This document shows positions 1-13,119 of a stretch of DNA of 64,000 nucleotides, piece by piece. The notes under the pieces are model-generated. The model had not been told where the DNA came from, made no database searches, and saw nothing but the letters and a program-made list of their open reading frames with translations. The number at the start of each line of letters is the position of its first letter. Positions within the stretch are counted from its first letter, which is position 1. A program made the position numbers and the translations under genes. The stretch is from Octopus vulgaris (lineage: Eukaryota). Location of the stretch: assembly GCA_951406725.2 (NCBI GenBank), contig OX597823.1, positions 81,716,001 to 81,780,000 on the forward strand, in the 5' to 3' direction.

Positions 1-8
1 GCTATCTC

Positions 9-45
<37 letters not shown>

Positions 46-246
46 GTCATCTTAGTCATCACCATCACCAAAATCATTTTCATCCTCCTCATTGTCGTTA
101 TCATTGTCATGAACATCGTGATTCTCACCAACATCATCATCATCGTCATGATCATCATTATCATCATCAACATTGTAACTGTCATCGGCATTGTCATCCT
201 ACTCCTCCTCATGATCATCATCATGATCTTCCTCCTCCTCCTCATC
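1..246. repeat. Degenerate (CAT)n microsatellite
   Basis: Runs of catcatcat with cgt/cac/cct variants. Confidence 0.9.
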
Positions 247-974
247 TGACAATGATGGAAAGTCAGAAAAAAACATCACCATTGCAGTATAAATCATCTG
301 TCTGCAACTTGGTTTCTTCCATCGATAAAAGACCACTTCTGCTTGGGTGCCTTCAACAAAATACATGCTAGAATGCCAACTGATGATGGCTATATCCATA
401 CGAAAAATTGAAACATCAATTCATGATGTCCACTACTTAAGAATTAAAGGAAATTTGGCTACTATTTCTAGCAACTTAAGTGACCACACAGAGGCTGTCA
501 CATTGTCTCATCCATGGGGAGGTCATTATTCTTTTTGAAAGCAACAAGATTTAATGTATGACTAGAATATTTTGTCAATTTGCAGTTTATTTATCATTTT
601 TTTATTTCCGAGATCAGAGATACCGATATAGTAACGGTTAATAGGATTTATTGATCTCTTTCCAGTGAAATCTAGCATCTCCTCTATCACAATAATATTC
701 TATTATCAGCGAATATTATCTCAATTTAGCGTCTATTCTCAAAAGTTAAGTGAACAGAGCTGATGTACACTAAAGTATCTTGCACAGAAACATAGCAAAA
801 TAATTGCAATAGATCTGATCTCAGATTTAGGCATAGCTCTTAAGGGTAGGCATAACTATGTGCTTAAGAAGTTTGGTTCTTGACCATGTGGTTTTGGATT
901 GCATGGAAACTTCCACAGGCATCTTCTGCTGCAGCCTCAGGCTGACCAAATTCTTGTAGATAAAAACTGGGTAA

Positions 975-1100
975 AGTGCTTTGCAGTATTTGGTTGTGTC
1001 TTTTTACATTCTGAGTTCAATTCCAACCAAAATCAACTTTGCCTCTTCGTCTTCCAGACTCATTAAAATAAGAATCAATCAAATCCTGAGATCAATATTC
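975..1100 (+). mobile_element. Degraded Meta-type SINE fragment (family B)
   Basis: ttctgagttcaaattcc..ctttgcct matches intact copies at 11450 and 15714; another fragment at ~1700-1870. Confidence 0.65.
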
Positions 1101-1102
1101 TT

Positions 1103-1630
1103 TTATTCTTTTATTTGCTTCAGTCATTTGACTGTGGCCATGCTGGAGCACCACCTTTAGTCGAACAAAGTAATCCCAGGGCTTATTCTTTGTAAGCTTA
1201 GTACTTATTCTATTGGTTTCTTTTGTTGAACCGCTAAGTTATGGGGACAGAAACACACCAGCATTGATTGTCAAGTGATGGTGGGGGGAAAAACACAAAC
1301 ACACAAACATACACACACACACATGGGCGAAACTATGTTGACATTCTGGATTTCAACTGAATGCTCCATATTTGCCATTGATGTGCTTTTGTCCTTTTCC
1401 TGCATGTTGTGTTTTGACAGTTTCTGTTAGTTGTGTTTTTACTGTTCTACCAGTGATTTATATATGTATATATGACAGGCTTCTTTCAGTTTTCATCTAC
1501 CAAATCCACTTACAAGGCTTTGGTCGGCCCGAGGCTATAGTAGAAGACACTTACCCAAAGTGCCATGCAGTGGGACTGAACCTGGAACCATGTGATTAGT
1601 AAAGAAGCTACTTACCACACAGCCACTCCT
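1103..1630 (-). mobile_element. tRNA-derived CORE-type SINE (family A) with internal insertion at ~1325-1460
   Basis: Reverse complement of the intact copy at 40457-40878. Confidence 0.85.
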
Positions 1631-2144
1631 ATATCTATATTGTGAATATAATCAATTATATTCACAAAATTAATGTCCTTGAAACTAAAGCATAAACGAT
1701 TATATTCTGAGTTCAAATCCTGCTGAGGTCAACTTTGCCTTTCATCCTTTTCGAGTCAATGAAATAAAAAAAATCAGTCAATTACTGGGGTGTGGTGGGA
1801 TGTAATGTAATTGACTTGTTCTTCCCCACTCAAAATTGCTGGCCTTGTGCCAAAAGTAGAAAGTATTATTATTAAAGACATGTCTGAAATAGCATGGCAA
1901 TTATTCCCACAGTGATTTATGTTGACAGTTAATCAATCAATCAATCAATCAATCAATGATACATCTTCGGTTAACAGTTAAGTCACACATGGCTATGCTT
2001 AACATTTCTACATTTGAAGAATACTTGTTAGTTCTTACTTTAAATATATGCACATATTACAGAACTATATATCTGAGGTCTTTATTTTCCTTTGTGTTTT
2101 TCATAAAGATTAGAATGTATAAAGTAAAGATTATTTGCCAACAT

Positions 2145-2416
2145 AATGTGGCAGTCCCAGTTGGGGCGAATATTACTGTTATCTAAGCCCAGGAAACATC
2201 ATCTCCAGCTGGCTGTACGACATACTATCTGTGTGTCATATAGCCAGTTCCTTATATTTTTGAGCAGGAGAGTTTAGCATCCTCACACAGCACAAAGCAA
2301 TATCTGTGGACCATGGTTTCTGAGTTATTTCACTTCCTTGGCATAGAACCAGCTGGAGACGATGTTTTCTGGGGCTAAATAACAATAACATTCATCCCAA
2401 CTGGGACTGCCACATT
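2145..2416. mobile_element. MITE with ~70-bp imperfect terminal inverted repeats
   Basis: aatgtggcagtcccagttgggg...ctccagctgg (2145-2212) is the reverse complement of ccagctggag...cccaactgggactgccacatt (2349-2416). Confidence 0.8.
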
Positions 2417-2659
2417 GTTATTGAATGTCTCTCATTGAGAGATTTTGGAATAATAATGGTTCTATTTATTAGAATGTATACTTAGAAAGAAAATCTATTG
2501 TGCATAGACACAACTTTATATAAGACACTTGTGCTTGCCCCTCAGTCATATCTTTTACCCTCTCAATACCTGGCATAAAGTCACGCCCTATTTTCAAATA
2601 ACCCCCCCATTTAGTCAAGCTGATGGGGTTTCTGTTCTTTTGCTGTCTTGCAAATTACT

Positions 2660-2725
2660 TGGTGATATCACTATTGTCGTCGTCGTCATCGTTGTCGTCA
2701 TCATCATCACCATCATCGTCATCAT

Positions 2726-2757
<32 letters not shown>

Positions 2758-2845
2758 TCATCGCCATTGCCATTGCCATCGCCATCATCATCATCATCAT
2801 CATCATCATTGTCATCGTCATCGTCATCATCATCATCATCATAAT
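2660..2845. repeat. (CAT/CGT/CAC)n microsatellite
   Basis: Direct inspection; source of spurious poly-I/S/D ORFs. Confidence 0.9.
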
Positions 2846-2849
2846 TGAT

Positions 2850-3080
2850 GCAGCCAGTTTCTGGGGCTGCAACTCTTGATGTTTTATTAGTCATCTGTTG
2901 CCACTGGTCTCTGTTTTCTGTATTGCGACCTGTCCAAGGGAGTTGTGGTGCGACACATGACCACACCAGACAAGTTTTTGTCTTTTTTACCTTCGCCAGA
3001 AGTGGTTCCTGCCTGTCTATATATTATTTGTTGACTTGCTGCCAGACAAAGGCTGTTTGTTTTGTGCTCTGTGTATGGGA
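2850..3080 (-). mobile_element. Degraded RTE-clade LINE 3' coding remnant
   Basis: Minus frame ...NTENRDQWQQMT... resembles the RTE ORF C-terminal 'DR..WR' motif; ends in a (GAT)n tail. Confidence 0.5.
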
Positions 3081-3849
3081 TGTGAAGTAGTCTCATGAAG
3101 CACTTGTTCTCAAATGCACACTGTAAAATGGCCGGTATTAGAAAGGGCATCCAGCCATAAAAACCATGCCAAAGCTGACAATGGTGCTTGATGGAGTTCT
3201 GCAGCTCATTGTATCTTGTCAAACTGTCCAACCCATGCTAGCATGGAAAACGAACATTAAATGAGGAAGATGACGACGACGATGATGATGATGATGATGA
3301 TGGTGATGATGAGGATGATGATGATGATGGTGGTGGTGGTGGTGGTAGTGATCGTGGTGATGATGGTAGTATAATAGACGTCAGAGATTGATTCATTATT
3401 CTGTTGTTATATCATCTTGTTTCGGGACGAGGGTAGCTTAGTTGGCTAAGACAAGCGACTGACAGGAGTAACATTCATATCTGGTTACCAACATTTCATT
3501 GTCCATAACCAAGAGATGCCTGTATGTGTATGTGTGTGTGTGTGTGTGTCCTTGACTTGATATCATGTGATGGTTGTAAATGAGCATAACCATTATACAA
3601 GCAATGTTATCTGTTTCCATTCTTCTGAGAAAAACATATCTGGTTCAAGGGAATCATACCTTGCTTGGAAACAGGTGAGGATTGGTGACAAGAAGGGCAT
3701 CCATCCATAGAAGTCTGCCTCAACAAATTCTATTTGACATAAGCAAGTATGGAAAATATGATGGTGATGATGATGATGATGATGCTGATGAAGAAGATGA
3801 TGATGATGATGATGATGATGAAATGTGGATAGCATATCTGTTTATTTAG

Positions 3850-4035
3850 CTGGTACAAAATTGTAGAAAACAAAACAAAACAAAAAAGACGAAAGACAGA
3901 GGCAGGTGAGGGAGTAACAAACAAGGTGTATTAGTTTGATGCTCGAGAGAAATGGAAGGGTCTTTGATGTTTTGAGCCTATGCTCTCCTGCAGAGAGGAA
4001 CAAGGAAAGAAAACAAATGAAGGAAGGAAAAAAGG
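3850..4035 (-). mobile_element. Penelope-like non-coding fragment (family E) with decayed hammerhead
   Basis: Homologous to 36350-36500 and 10272-10480; core reads CTGCAGG-AGAGC-atag-GCTC-AAAA on the minus strand. Confidence 0.55.
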
Positions 4036-4599
4036 GGTGAAATATGGTACTTTATCATATTTATAAATGCTTTCTGGTCCAGACAACATGCCTTCTTTCA
4101 TCTACCTTTCAGGAAATTTTTAACTTAGCTTTTGTAGGAAAGACACGTACAAAAGTTAGTCATCCTATACCAAGGTAGATTTATCCTTCATGTTCTTATG
4201 ATTATAGAATCTAAAGTTTTAAGCATTGACATAACTGAGTTTCTTTATAATTCATGAATGTATTGATTTATAAATGTCATTTTATATGACAAAATAACTT
4301 ATTGAGTTTTATTTATTATAGTTTCAGGCTTGTCAAGTAGTAAACCTGCAGGTTTAGAGGAGAGCAGCAACAGAAGGCTTCAAGTAAATATGATTCTTCA
4401 GTGTTTTAACTGCTATTGTTGTTGTTGTTGCTTAGCCCAAGGCTAGTCCTGGTCAAGCGGACTTTCTGATCAAAAACGTTCTATCCATGACTGTCTCAAC
4501 AGAAACAAAAATTTAGAAATGTAGTTCTTTTTCTCTTATATATGGATAAACACACACACACACATATACACACGCACATACACACATACATGCACACAC

Positions 4600-5085
<486 letters not shown>

Positions 5086-5431
5086 TGTATAAGAAAGATG
5101 GAACCATAAATTAAATTGAAAGTGTAATACATCCAAGGGGCTTCTATACAGTTTCCCCCAACTTAAATTTCCTCATGAAGCTTGGATCAACCCGAGATTG
5201 TGGTAAAAGATGCATGCATAAGATGCTGCAGAATGGGGTTTAACCAAAGACTTTATGATTGTAAATTAAACTTTATAAGCATTTGGTTACTGTAGAAAAC
5301 ACTCAATTTTTCATGGGTTCAGTTTCCACTGTGTGACATGTTGAGTAAATGTCTTTTATTCTTGCCCTGGGCCAACCAAAGCCGGGTGAGTGGGTTTGGT
5401 AGATACTAACTGAAAGATGTCCATTGTGTAT

Positions 5432-6015
5432 ATTATGCACAATGGACTTGTCAGTTTAAATACAAACCTTGACTTTGCAACACTCTAAATAAAAATTCCC
5501 TACTGGGAATGACCAAGTTTAAGAGAATCTTACATTGCTTATAAACTCTATATTTGGATGGACTCATATTAAACTCTGTTGGACTTTTGGATTTTACTCA
5601 AAAGATATTGGAATATTGCATGTATACCATTATACCTATAAAACGGATTTACGAATTTAATACCCATACATATCTTACATCTATTTTCTTTCCTTCACCT
5701 CACTCTCTATTTGTATCACATCGAAACTAACTATGACTTAATTTTTCCTCTCACACCGTCTCTGATGAAAGGATATTATTAATTAATATCCTAGAAACAG
5801 CTGTAAGACCTTCTATCTATAAATGCTCTAATATCTATACAGCCTTGGTTTTTTATCTTATTACACAAAAAATTCTTATATGCACACGCTGACATAGAAC
5901 CAACGTTGAATCCTTTATTTGCAATATTACCGAATCTGGAACTAAACTATGGTCTGTCTATAGCACTTATTCAGCATTACCTGACACCTTTGGGTCTCAA
6001 TGACACCATTATCTC
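5432..6015 (+). mobile_element. Non-coding Penelope-like element (family F) carrying a hammerhead ribozyme
   Basis: Homologous inverted copy at 46375-46730; contains the hammerhead at 5758-5809. Confidence 0.7.
5758..5809 (+). ncRNA. Type I hammerhead ribozyme (minimal/dimeric type)
   Basis: Stem I GTCT/AGAC; core CTGATGA (5762-5768); stem II AGGATATT/AATATCCT; GAAA; palindromic stem III CAGCTG; GUA cleavage triplet. Confidence 0.85.
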
Positions 6016-6724
6016 TTATATATATATATATATATATCACTTGACCTGTTACAAAATAATATCATAATTCTCTTCAAACCACATCTTATTGTTTGAAAAA
6101 AGGAAGGATATTGGATAATATAGTTTGTGATACATTCTAAACAAATGGGGTGGCTATGATTGGATTGTCTTTGATCACCAAGTGTATTCAATTAGAACTG
6201 ACTCTAGACTAGACAACAACAACAACAACAACTTAAATTGTGAAAGTATGAAGATTGTAACACTCACATATTTCCAAAAGACACCTGTGCTTGTTCCTCT
6301 TTCAACACCTGTCATACAACTGCTCCTCTTCACCTGTCACTGCCAAATACTTCTTTATGATAGTGGGAGCTTTTTACTCTCTTTCCTTTTCTCCTTCTCT
6401 GTTCTTTTCTGTCTTGTGGGTAACATGGCAACCTCACTAGTGCTGGTGGCACCAAAAAAAAATCCACCCAGTACACTCTGTAAAGTGGTTGGTATTAGGA
6501 AGGGCATGAAACCATAGAATCCATGGTAAAGATGTCAGTGGAGCTCAACACAATCCTGCAGCTCACCAGTCTCCTGTTAAATCATCCAACCCATGCCTGC
6601 ATGGAAAGCAGATGTTAAATGATGATGATGATGATGATGATGCTATTTAGTAAAATAAATGAAATACCAAGAACTGGAAATGAAATTTGGGTCACTGAGT
6701 CAATTTACTGAGAATTACCTGTTG

Positions 6725-6912
6725 TATCAGTGAGGTTAAGCAGCTCCCTTTGCAACCACATTGTTTCAGGTTCAGTCCCACCATGCAGCACCTTGGGTAA
6801 GTGTCTTTTATTATAGCCTTGGGCCGATAAATGCCTTGTGAGTGAATCTGGTAAATGGAAACTGTGTGAAAGCCTGTTGTACACATAATTATATATATGT
6901 GTGTGTGTGTGC

Positions 6913-6946
<34 letters not shown>

Positions 6947-7195
6947 TGGGGGCCTTATGTGTTTGTGTCCTTGTGCCTCTGTTTGTGTCTTCCTCTCCAC
7001 ATACTTGATAACCTGTGCTGGTTTGTTTATGTCTCTCTAACATAGCAATTTGGTAAAAAGAAATTGATAGAATAAGTACAAGACTTAAAAATTAAAAGCA
7101 AAATAATTGGGGCCAATCTGTTCAACTAAAGCCTTCCAGGCAGTGCTCTAGCTTGGCCACAGTTCACTGATTATGGCAGGTAAAAGATAAAAAAT
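6725..7195 (+). mobile_element. CORE-type SINE (family A), diverged
   Basis: ggttcagtccca..accttgggtaagtgtc head, (TG)n middle, gataagtac..taaaagataaaa tail. Confidence 0.8.
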
Positions 7196-7199
7196 CTCA

Positions 7200-7669
7200 G
7201 TCTTATGATACCAAGTTTACTCAGTTCCTTTCGAGTGTTGGGCCTCTTGGAGGTAATGACTGAGACCTTTGGCATTATGTCATGCTTGAGAAGGAGACCC
7301 ATCAAGCTGAGCAAAATCACCATTGTGGCAGATAATGGTGTCACACAAATGGCACCTGTGCCGGTGGCATGTAAAAGTACCCATTACACTCACGGAGTGG
7401 TTGGCATTAGGAAGGGCATCCAGCCATAGAATACCATGCTGAAATCAGATTGGAGTCTGGTGCAGCCTTCCAGCTTGCCAGCCCTGGTTGAACTGCCCAA
7501 CCCATGACAGAATGGACAACGGACATTAAATGACGATGATGACGATGATGATGATGATGACTATGATGATGATGATGACAACGATGACTATGATGATGAT
7601 GATGACGACGATGACTATGATGACGATGATGACGACGATGATGATGATGACGATGATGATGATGATGAC

Positions 7670-7701
<32 letters not shown>

Positions 7702-7850
7702 CGACGACGATGATGACGACAACGACGATGATGATGACGACGACGATGATGATGATGATGACGACGACGACGATGATGATGATGATGACGATGATGATGA
7801 TAACGACGATGATGATGACGACGATGATGATGATGACGACGATGATGATA

Positions 7851-7885
<35 letters not shown>
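7200..7885 (+). mobile_element. RTE LINE 3' UTR (family C) with ~350-bp (GAT/GAC)n tail
   Basis: gagtggttggcattaggaagggcatccagc...ggacattaaatgacgatgat, same as the UTR attached to the RTE ORF remnant at 10490-11449. Further UTR copies at ~3110, 6420, 12180(-), 13820, 21535(-), 21700, 43440(-), 49580, 57135, 62604(-). Confidence 0.8.
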
Positions 7886-7887
<2 letters not shown>

Positions 7888-8229
7888 GTGGTTGCGTTCA
7901 CTCATGGTTATTTTTTAAAAAATTGATTGGCACAGTCACACATGAAATGTCTATCACTGGATACCAGCTCTCCCATAAGAGCTGGCTGTTCCTTTCTGTT
8001 ACTTTTTTATATTATGGTCTATACAGACTGAAGTCAATTCCACACCTTCTCCATCTAAAAACATACATATTTCTTATAATTTTCTATGTTCAATAATAAT
8101 GTGTGTTGTGTCTTATGTCTCTACTTTGTTTCATGAGACCATCATAAAACAATTTTACATTTTTTTTTGCATTAGATGCTTTCTCTAAAATATATTAGCG
8201 TTTACATGTATATGCTTACATCTATACAC

Positions 8230-8238
8230 ATAGATACA

Positions 8239-8269
<31 letters not shown>

Positions 8270-8322
8270 TCATCTATACATATATATATGTGTTTATATT
8301 ATATATATATATAAATAAATGC

Positions 8323-8371
<49 letters not shown>

Positions 8372-8422
8372 TATATATGTCTATTTAAATATATATACAT
8401 ATATATAATGCATATGAGGAGC

Positions 8423-8479
<57 letters not shown>

Positions 8480-8498
8480 ATGTATATATATGTATATA

Positions 8499-8546
<48 letters not shown>

Positions 8547-8547
8547 A

Positions 8548-8607
<60 letters not shown>

Positions 8608-8661
8608 GTATGTATATATATATATATACATACATATATATATATACATACATACATATAC

Positions 8662-8695
<34 letters not shown>

Positions 8696-8700
8696 GTAGG
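8230..8700. repeat. Compound (TA)n/(TACA)n/(TG)n microsatellite
   Basis: Direct inspection; similar tracts at 9140-9560, 9880-10270, 44780-45590, 48510-48810, 50900-51230, 51840-52490, 55595-56015. Confidence 0.95.
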
Positions 8701-8767
8701 TCCCGGGTTGATTCGGGGTTAACCACAGTAAGTAAGGTACTCAATACATAGCAGAGTAAAATTAATT

Positions 8768-8873
8768 TATTATATAGAAGGAGTTTTACAGGACTAGTAC
8801 TGTTTCATTCAAGAGGAATCTTCCTGAAGATTTCTCTTGAATGAAACAGTACTAGTCCTGTAGAAGCTCCTTC

Positions 8874-8882
<9 letters not shown>
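8768..8882. repeat. Near-perfect 56-bp-arm palindrome containing a hammerhead core
   Basis: 8768-8823 is the reverse complement of 8826-8882 with ~3 differences; centre reads CTGAAGA..GAAACAGTACTAGTC. Confidence 0.9.
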
Positions 8883-8923
<41 letters not shown>

Positions 8924-9138
8924 ATGTAAATATTTATATATATATATGTATGTATAAAGCTCTGCATATGCATTGTCTTTTGCATTACATGCTTCCTACA
9001 CCTATTTAAATAGAGTCTTATGTATATTTAATGTGTTTTAAAATTTGTATATTTGTTCTTGTTAGTTTTTTCTTTTTAAAATACACTTACATATAAGTAC
9101 CTGCCTATATGCATTTATGTCCGCTTGTGTTTCTGTGA

Positions 9139-9177
<39 letters not shown>

Positions 9178-10076
9178 ATATATATATATATATATATGAT
9201 ATATAATTATATGTGTGTGTGTGTGTATGTGTGTGCATGTGTGTATGGATATATCTATATATATATATATACGTATATATATATATGTATATGTATGTAT
9301 GTATATGTACACAGACACATAGATGCATGCATGTATATATGTATATATATATGTGTGTGTGTGTGAGTGTGTGTGCATTTGTGTATATATGTACGTATGT
9401 ATGTATGTGTATACATGTATGCATATAAAAATGTGCATACTTATATATATATATGTGCATGTGTGTGTTTGTATATATACTTACGTATATACATACACAC
9501 ATATATATCCATACATACATACTTACATATATACAGACACACACACACACACACATATAACTGAGATTCTATTTATATTAGTATTTGTATACTACTAGGG
9601 TTTACAGATTTATTATTCATATATTGTTATGGCTGTACTTACATATTAGTTCAGATACTTTCGGCAGTTTCTATGACTATTTCTTGCAGTATTTCTTGTA
9701 GATATGTCTTTACATCTCCTATTTCTCATATTTATTCATGTCTATACATTTATAGCCTGTCTTTTAGTTATAAGCACTACATTACCATAAATATTCTGCA
9801 GTCTACTGTTTATGTTTATTGACGGAAAGTGACAAGTGTTTGTGCATTTCTGTTCTCTAAAACTCTGAGTGCATCTATATATGTATGTATATATATATAC
9901 ACACAAATATATATGTATATATATATATACACATACACACACATACATATACATACATACACACACACATATATGTAACATACATGCATACATCCATGTA
10001 TGTGTGTGTGTATGCATATATAAATGTATGTATGCAGTTATATATTTATGTATACATATATACATATATGTGTGTG

Positions 10077-10117
<41 letters not shown>

Positions 10118-10271
10118 ACTTATATATATGTACTACACTTTGATTTTAGAGAAAAGGCTGAGAAGTATATATATATATATATATATAGGTGAGAAAGTTG
10201 GTGTGGTGTGTGATATATATATATATATATATACGTTAAACGATGATGATGATGTGTATATATATATATAA

Positions 10272-10480
10272 ATGTGACCTCGTGTGTACCGTTGGCGACT
10301 TTTTTTCCTCTGTCTTCCCTTCTCTGGATCTTTCCTTCTCCTATGTTTCCGACGAAGAGCTCCGCTCGAAACGTTAAACCCTCCTTCTTCCCTTATTTCC
10401 TGAGTGTCAAATAATACTATATTTGTTCCATGTCCTCACATTGTTGTGTTTTTTTGTGTTTTCTTGTTTGGATTAACTAT
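10272..10480 (+). mobile_element. Penelope-like non-coding element (family E) with hammerhead at 10345-10379
   Basis: GTTT-CCGACGA-A-GAGC-tcc-GCTC-GAAA-CG-TT-AAAC; homologues at 21928 and 54590. Confidence 0.75.
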
Positions 10481-10489
10481 ATCATCATT

Positions 10490-11449
10490 ATCATCATCAT
10501 CATCGTTTAACGTCTGTTTTCTGCGCTAGCACGGGTTGGACGGTTCGACCGGGGTCTGGGAAGCCAGGGGCTGCTTCAGGCTCCAGTCTGATCTGGCAGA
10601 GTTTCTACGGCTGGATGCCCTTCCCAACGCCAACCACTCCGCGAGTGTAGTGGGTGCTTTTTACGTGCCAGCTGCACAGGTGCCAGGGGGGGTCTGGCAT
10701 CGGTCACGATCGGTTGGAGCTTTTAACGTGCCAGCGGCACGGAAGCCAGCCAAGGTGGCACTGGCAACGTTTGGATGGTCTTTTTATGTGCCACCGGCAC
10801 AGGAGTCAGTCGGGGCAGCGCTGGCATTGGTCATGTTTGGATGGTGCTTTTTATGTGCCACCGGCACAGAAGCCAGTCGGAGCGGCACTGGCATTGGCCA
10901 CGTTCAGATAGTGCTTTTTATGTGCCACCGGCACAAGCATCACAACTACTATTTCCATTGATATTTATTTCGACGCTCATGTTCATGTACTTGACTCAAC
11001 AGGTCTCCTCAAGCACAGCGGGACGTTCTGGGATCTGGGGTACTTTGAATGGGCAGGGGCTATGCGGAACTGATGCAGGAAGCAGCCCGGGTCTTTGCAG
11101 TCACAGCATATCTCCAGAGATCTCGGTCCTTCGCCATTGCCTCAGTGAGGCCCAACGCTCTGAGATCATGCTTGACTACCTCATCCCATGTCTTCCTGGG
11201 TCTACCTCTCCCCCTGATACCTTCAACTGTTTGGGAGTGGCACTTCTTCACACATCTCTCCTCATCCATCCGCAGCACATGACCATACCATCGCAAGCGT
11301 CGCTCTTGCACACCACATCTGATGCTTCTTATATCCAGCATTTCTCTCAGGGTGCTTACACTCTGTCGTGCGTGCACACTGACATTACACATCCAGTGGA
11401 TCATACTAGCTTCATTTCTTTCAAGTCTACGCATGTCCTCTGCAGTCAT
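10490..11449 (-). mobile_element. 5'-truncated RTE-clade LINE (ORF C-terminus, 3' UTR, (GAT)n tail)
   Basis: ORF 11060-11449: RRLRWYGHVLRM...GRGRPRKTWDEVVKHDL...DRDLWR, typical RTE C-terminus. Confidence 0.9.
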
Positions 11450-11667
11450 GGCGAGCTGGCAGAAACGGTAGCACGCTGGGCGAAATGCGTAGCCGTATTT
11501 CGTCTGGCGTTACGTTCTGAGTTCAAATTCCACCGAGGTTGACTTTGCCTTTCATCCTTTCCGGGTCGATAAATTAAGTACCAGTTATGCACTGGGGTCG
11601 ATGTAATCGACTTAATCCCTTTGTTTATCCCCTCTGTGTTTAGCCCCTTGTGGGTAGTAAAGAAATA
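11450..11667 (+). mobile_element. tRNA-derived Meta-type SINE (family B), near intact
   Basis: ggcgagctggcagaa head, gagttcaaattcc B box, gcctttcatcctttccgggtcgataaattaagtaccag central domain resembling the MetaSINE domain. Confidence 0.85.
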
Positions 11668-11699
11668 TATATATATATACATATAATATATATGCATAC

Positions 11700-11734
<35 letters not shown>

Positions 11735-12479
11735 CATATTTGTAATTTGTACAACAGTAATTGTATATTTTTAACAAGTGTACTTCTGTTATTTTTAAAT
11801 GTATGTATCTATTTCCATATGCTTGTACATACACATGCACTCACACATATACATACACACACTCATACATATACACACATATACTTGTAACATCAATAGC
11901 ATCATCGTTGTTGACATCATCACTATCATCATCACCACCACCACCATCACCACCATCTCCGATGTTGTTGATGTCATCTTCGTCGTCATGATCATCATCA
12001 TTGTCATCATCATCATTATCATCATCATCATCATCATCATCATCATTAACATCATCATCATTATCATCATCCTCATCCACATCCTCATCCTCATCCTCAT
12101 CATCATCATCATCATCATCATTGCCATAGTCATCATTGTTTTACATCTGCTTTCCTTGCAAGTATGTAGGTTGGTTAGCAATAGCACCTGTCAGTTCTTT
12201 TTGAGAGTTTGCTCTCCGAGTCAAGTTGGGTAACCACAGCTCACTCATACATCCCTTTTTTGGCCTGGTCACTATGGCTGGATGCCCTTCCTAAAAACCA
12301 ACTCATTCACAATGTATCCTGGGAACATTTTATCATGCCCCCAAAACTAGAGCAGTTAGTACAAGACTAAAGAGTACATTTGACCTTATGTTATCTCTGT
12401 TCATTCCACAAAATACTTTATAGAATGTTCCGCATACATTCTATCATGGCAGAGGCATTCATGCCTTTATTCTTCATTT

Positions 12480-12840
12480 CAGTACCATTGCAATCTTTTT
12501 TCTTGTACACTACATCTGATTCCCCTCGTCTTCAGTTTCTTTCTCTGATATTCAGGCATAGGAACATTGCAACATATTTCTTTCTAGTCCTTGCAAATTC
12601 TTTGTCTTCAAGCACTATACCTCACAACCATGCAGTATCTCATTCCATACACAACCATCAAGCAGTCTGCCTTCCAGTCTGTGTGTAAAGCCATTTGTTG
12701 CTGGCCGAAATAGCAATTTCTTGAATATCTTCCAACCTGTTCTTACACAGAATGCTATGCTTTCAGATAACCTACATCCTTGTTTATTAATTTCCCAGGG
12801 GAACTGAAGCTATTGATAGTCTAAAGGACCTGCCCAAACA
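12480..12840 (-). mobile_element. Heavily degraded RTE coding remnant
   Basis: Minus strand gives IREK..TRGIRCSVQEKRLQWY, cf. IRCGVQERRLRWY in ORF 11060-11449. Confidence 0.6.
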
Positions 12841-13119
12841 TTTGAGAGAGTATATATATTTAAAGGGTTTTGTATGATTGTGTATAGAGGGATATATATT
12901 ATTCAAAGGAATTCCAACTCTGTCTGTTTTTTATGTTTTATTTATATTCTTTATAATATTAATGTAGAATATAGAATATATAGTATAAATAGTATATATA
13001 GTAAAATTAAATGAAATATTGATTGTCTTATTGAATAGATGAAATATTGAATATCAAATATTAAGGGACTAGTATACTTTCTTGCATTTAAGCAGTCTTC
13101 AAAGTCCCAGAATATATAT

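Noticed and set aside
7407-8096. His-, Met- or Ser-rich ORFs
   Set aside because: Translations of a (GAT/GAC)n retroelement tail.
8176-10271. Many YI/HT/CV-repeat ORFs here and elsewhere in the window
   Set aside because: Stop-free microsatellite read-through.
10775-11542. 255-aa + strand ORF
   Set aside because: Antisense to the RTE remnant and runs into a SINE.
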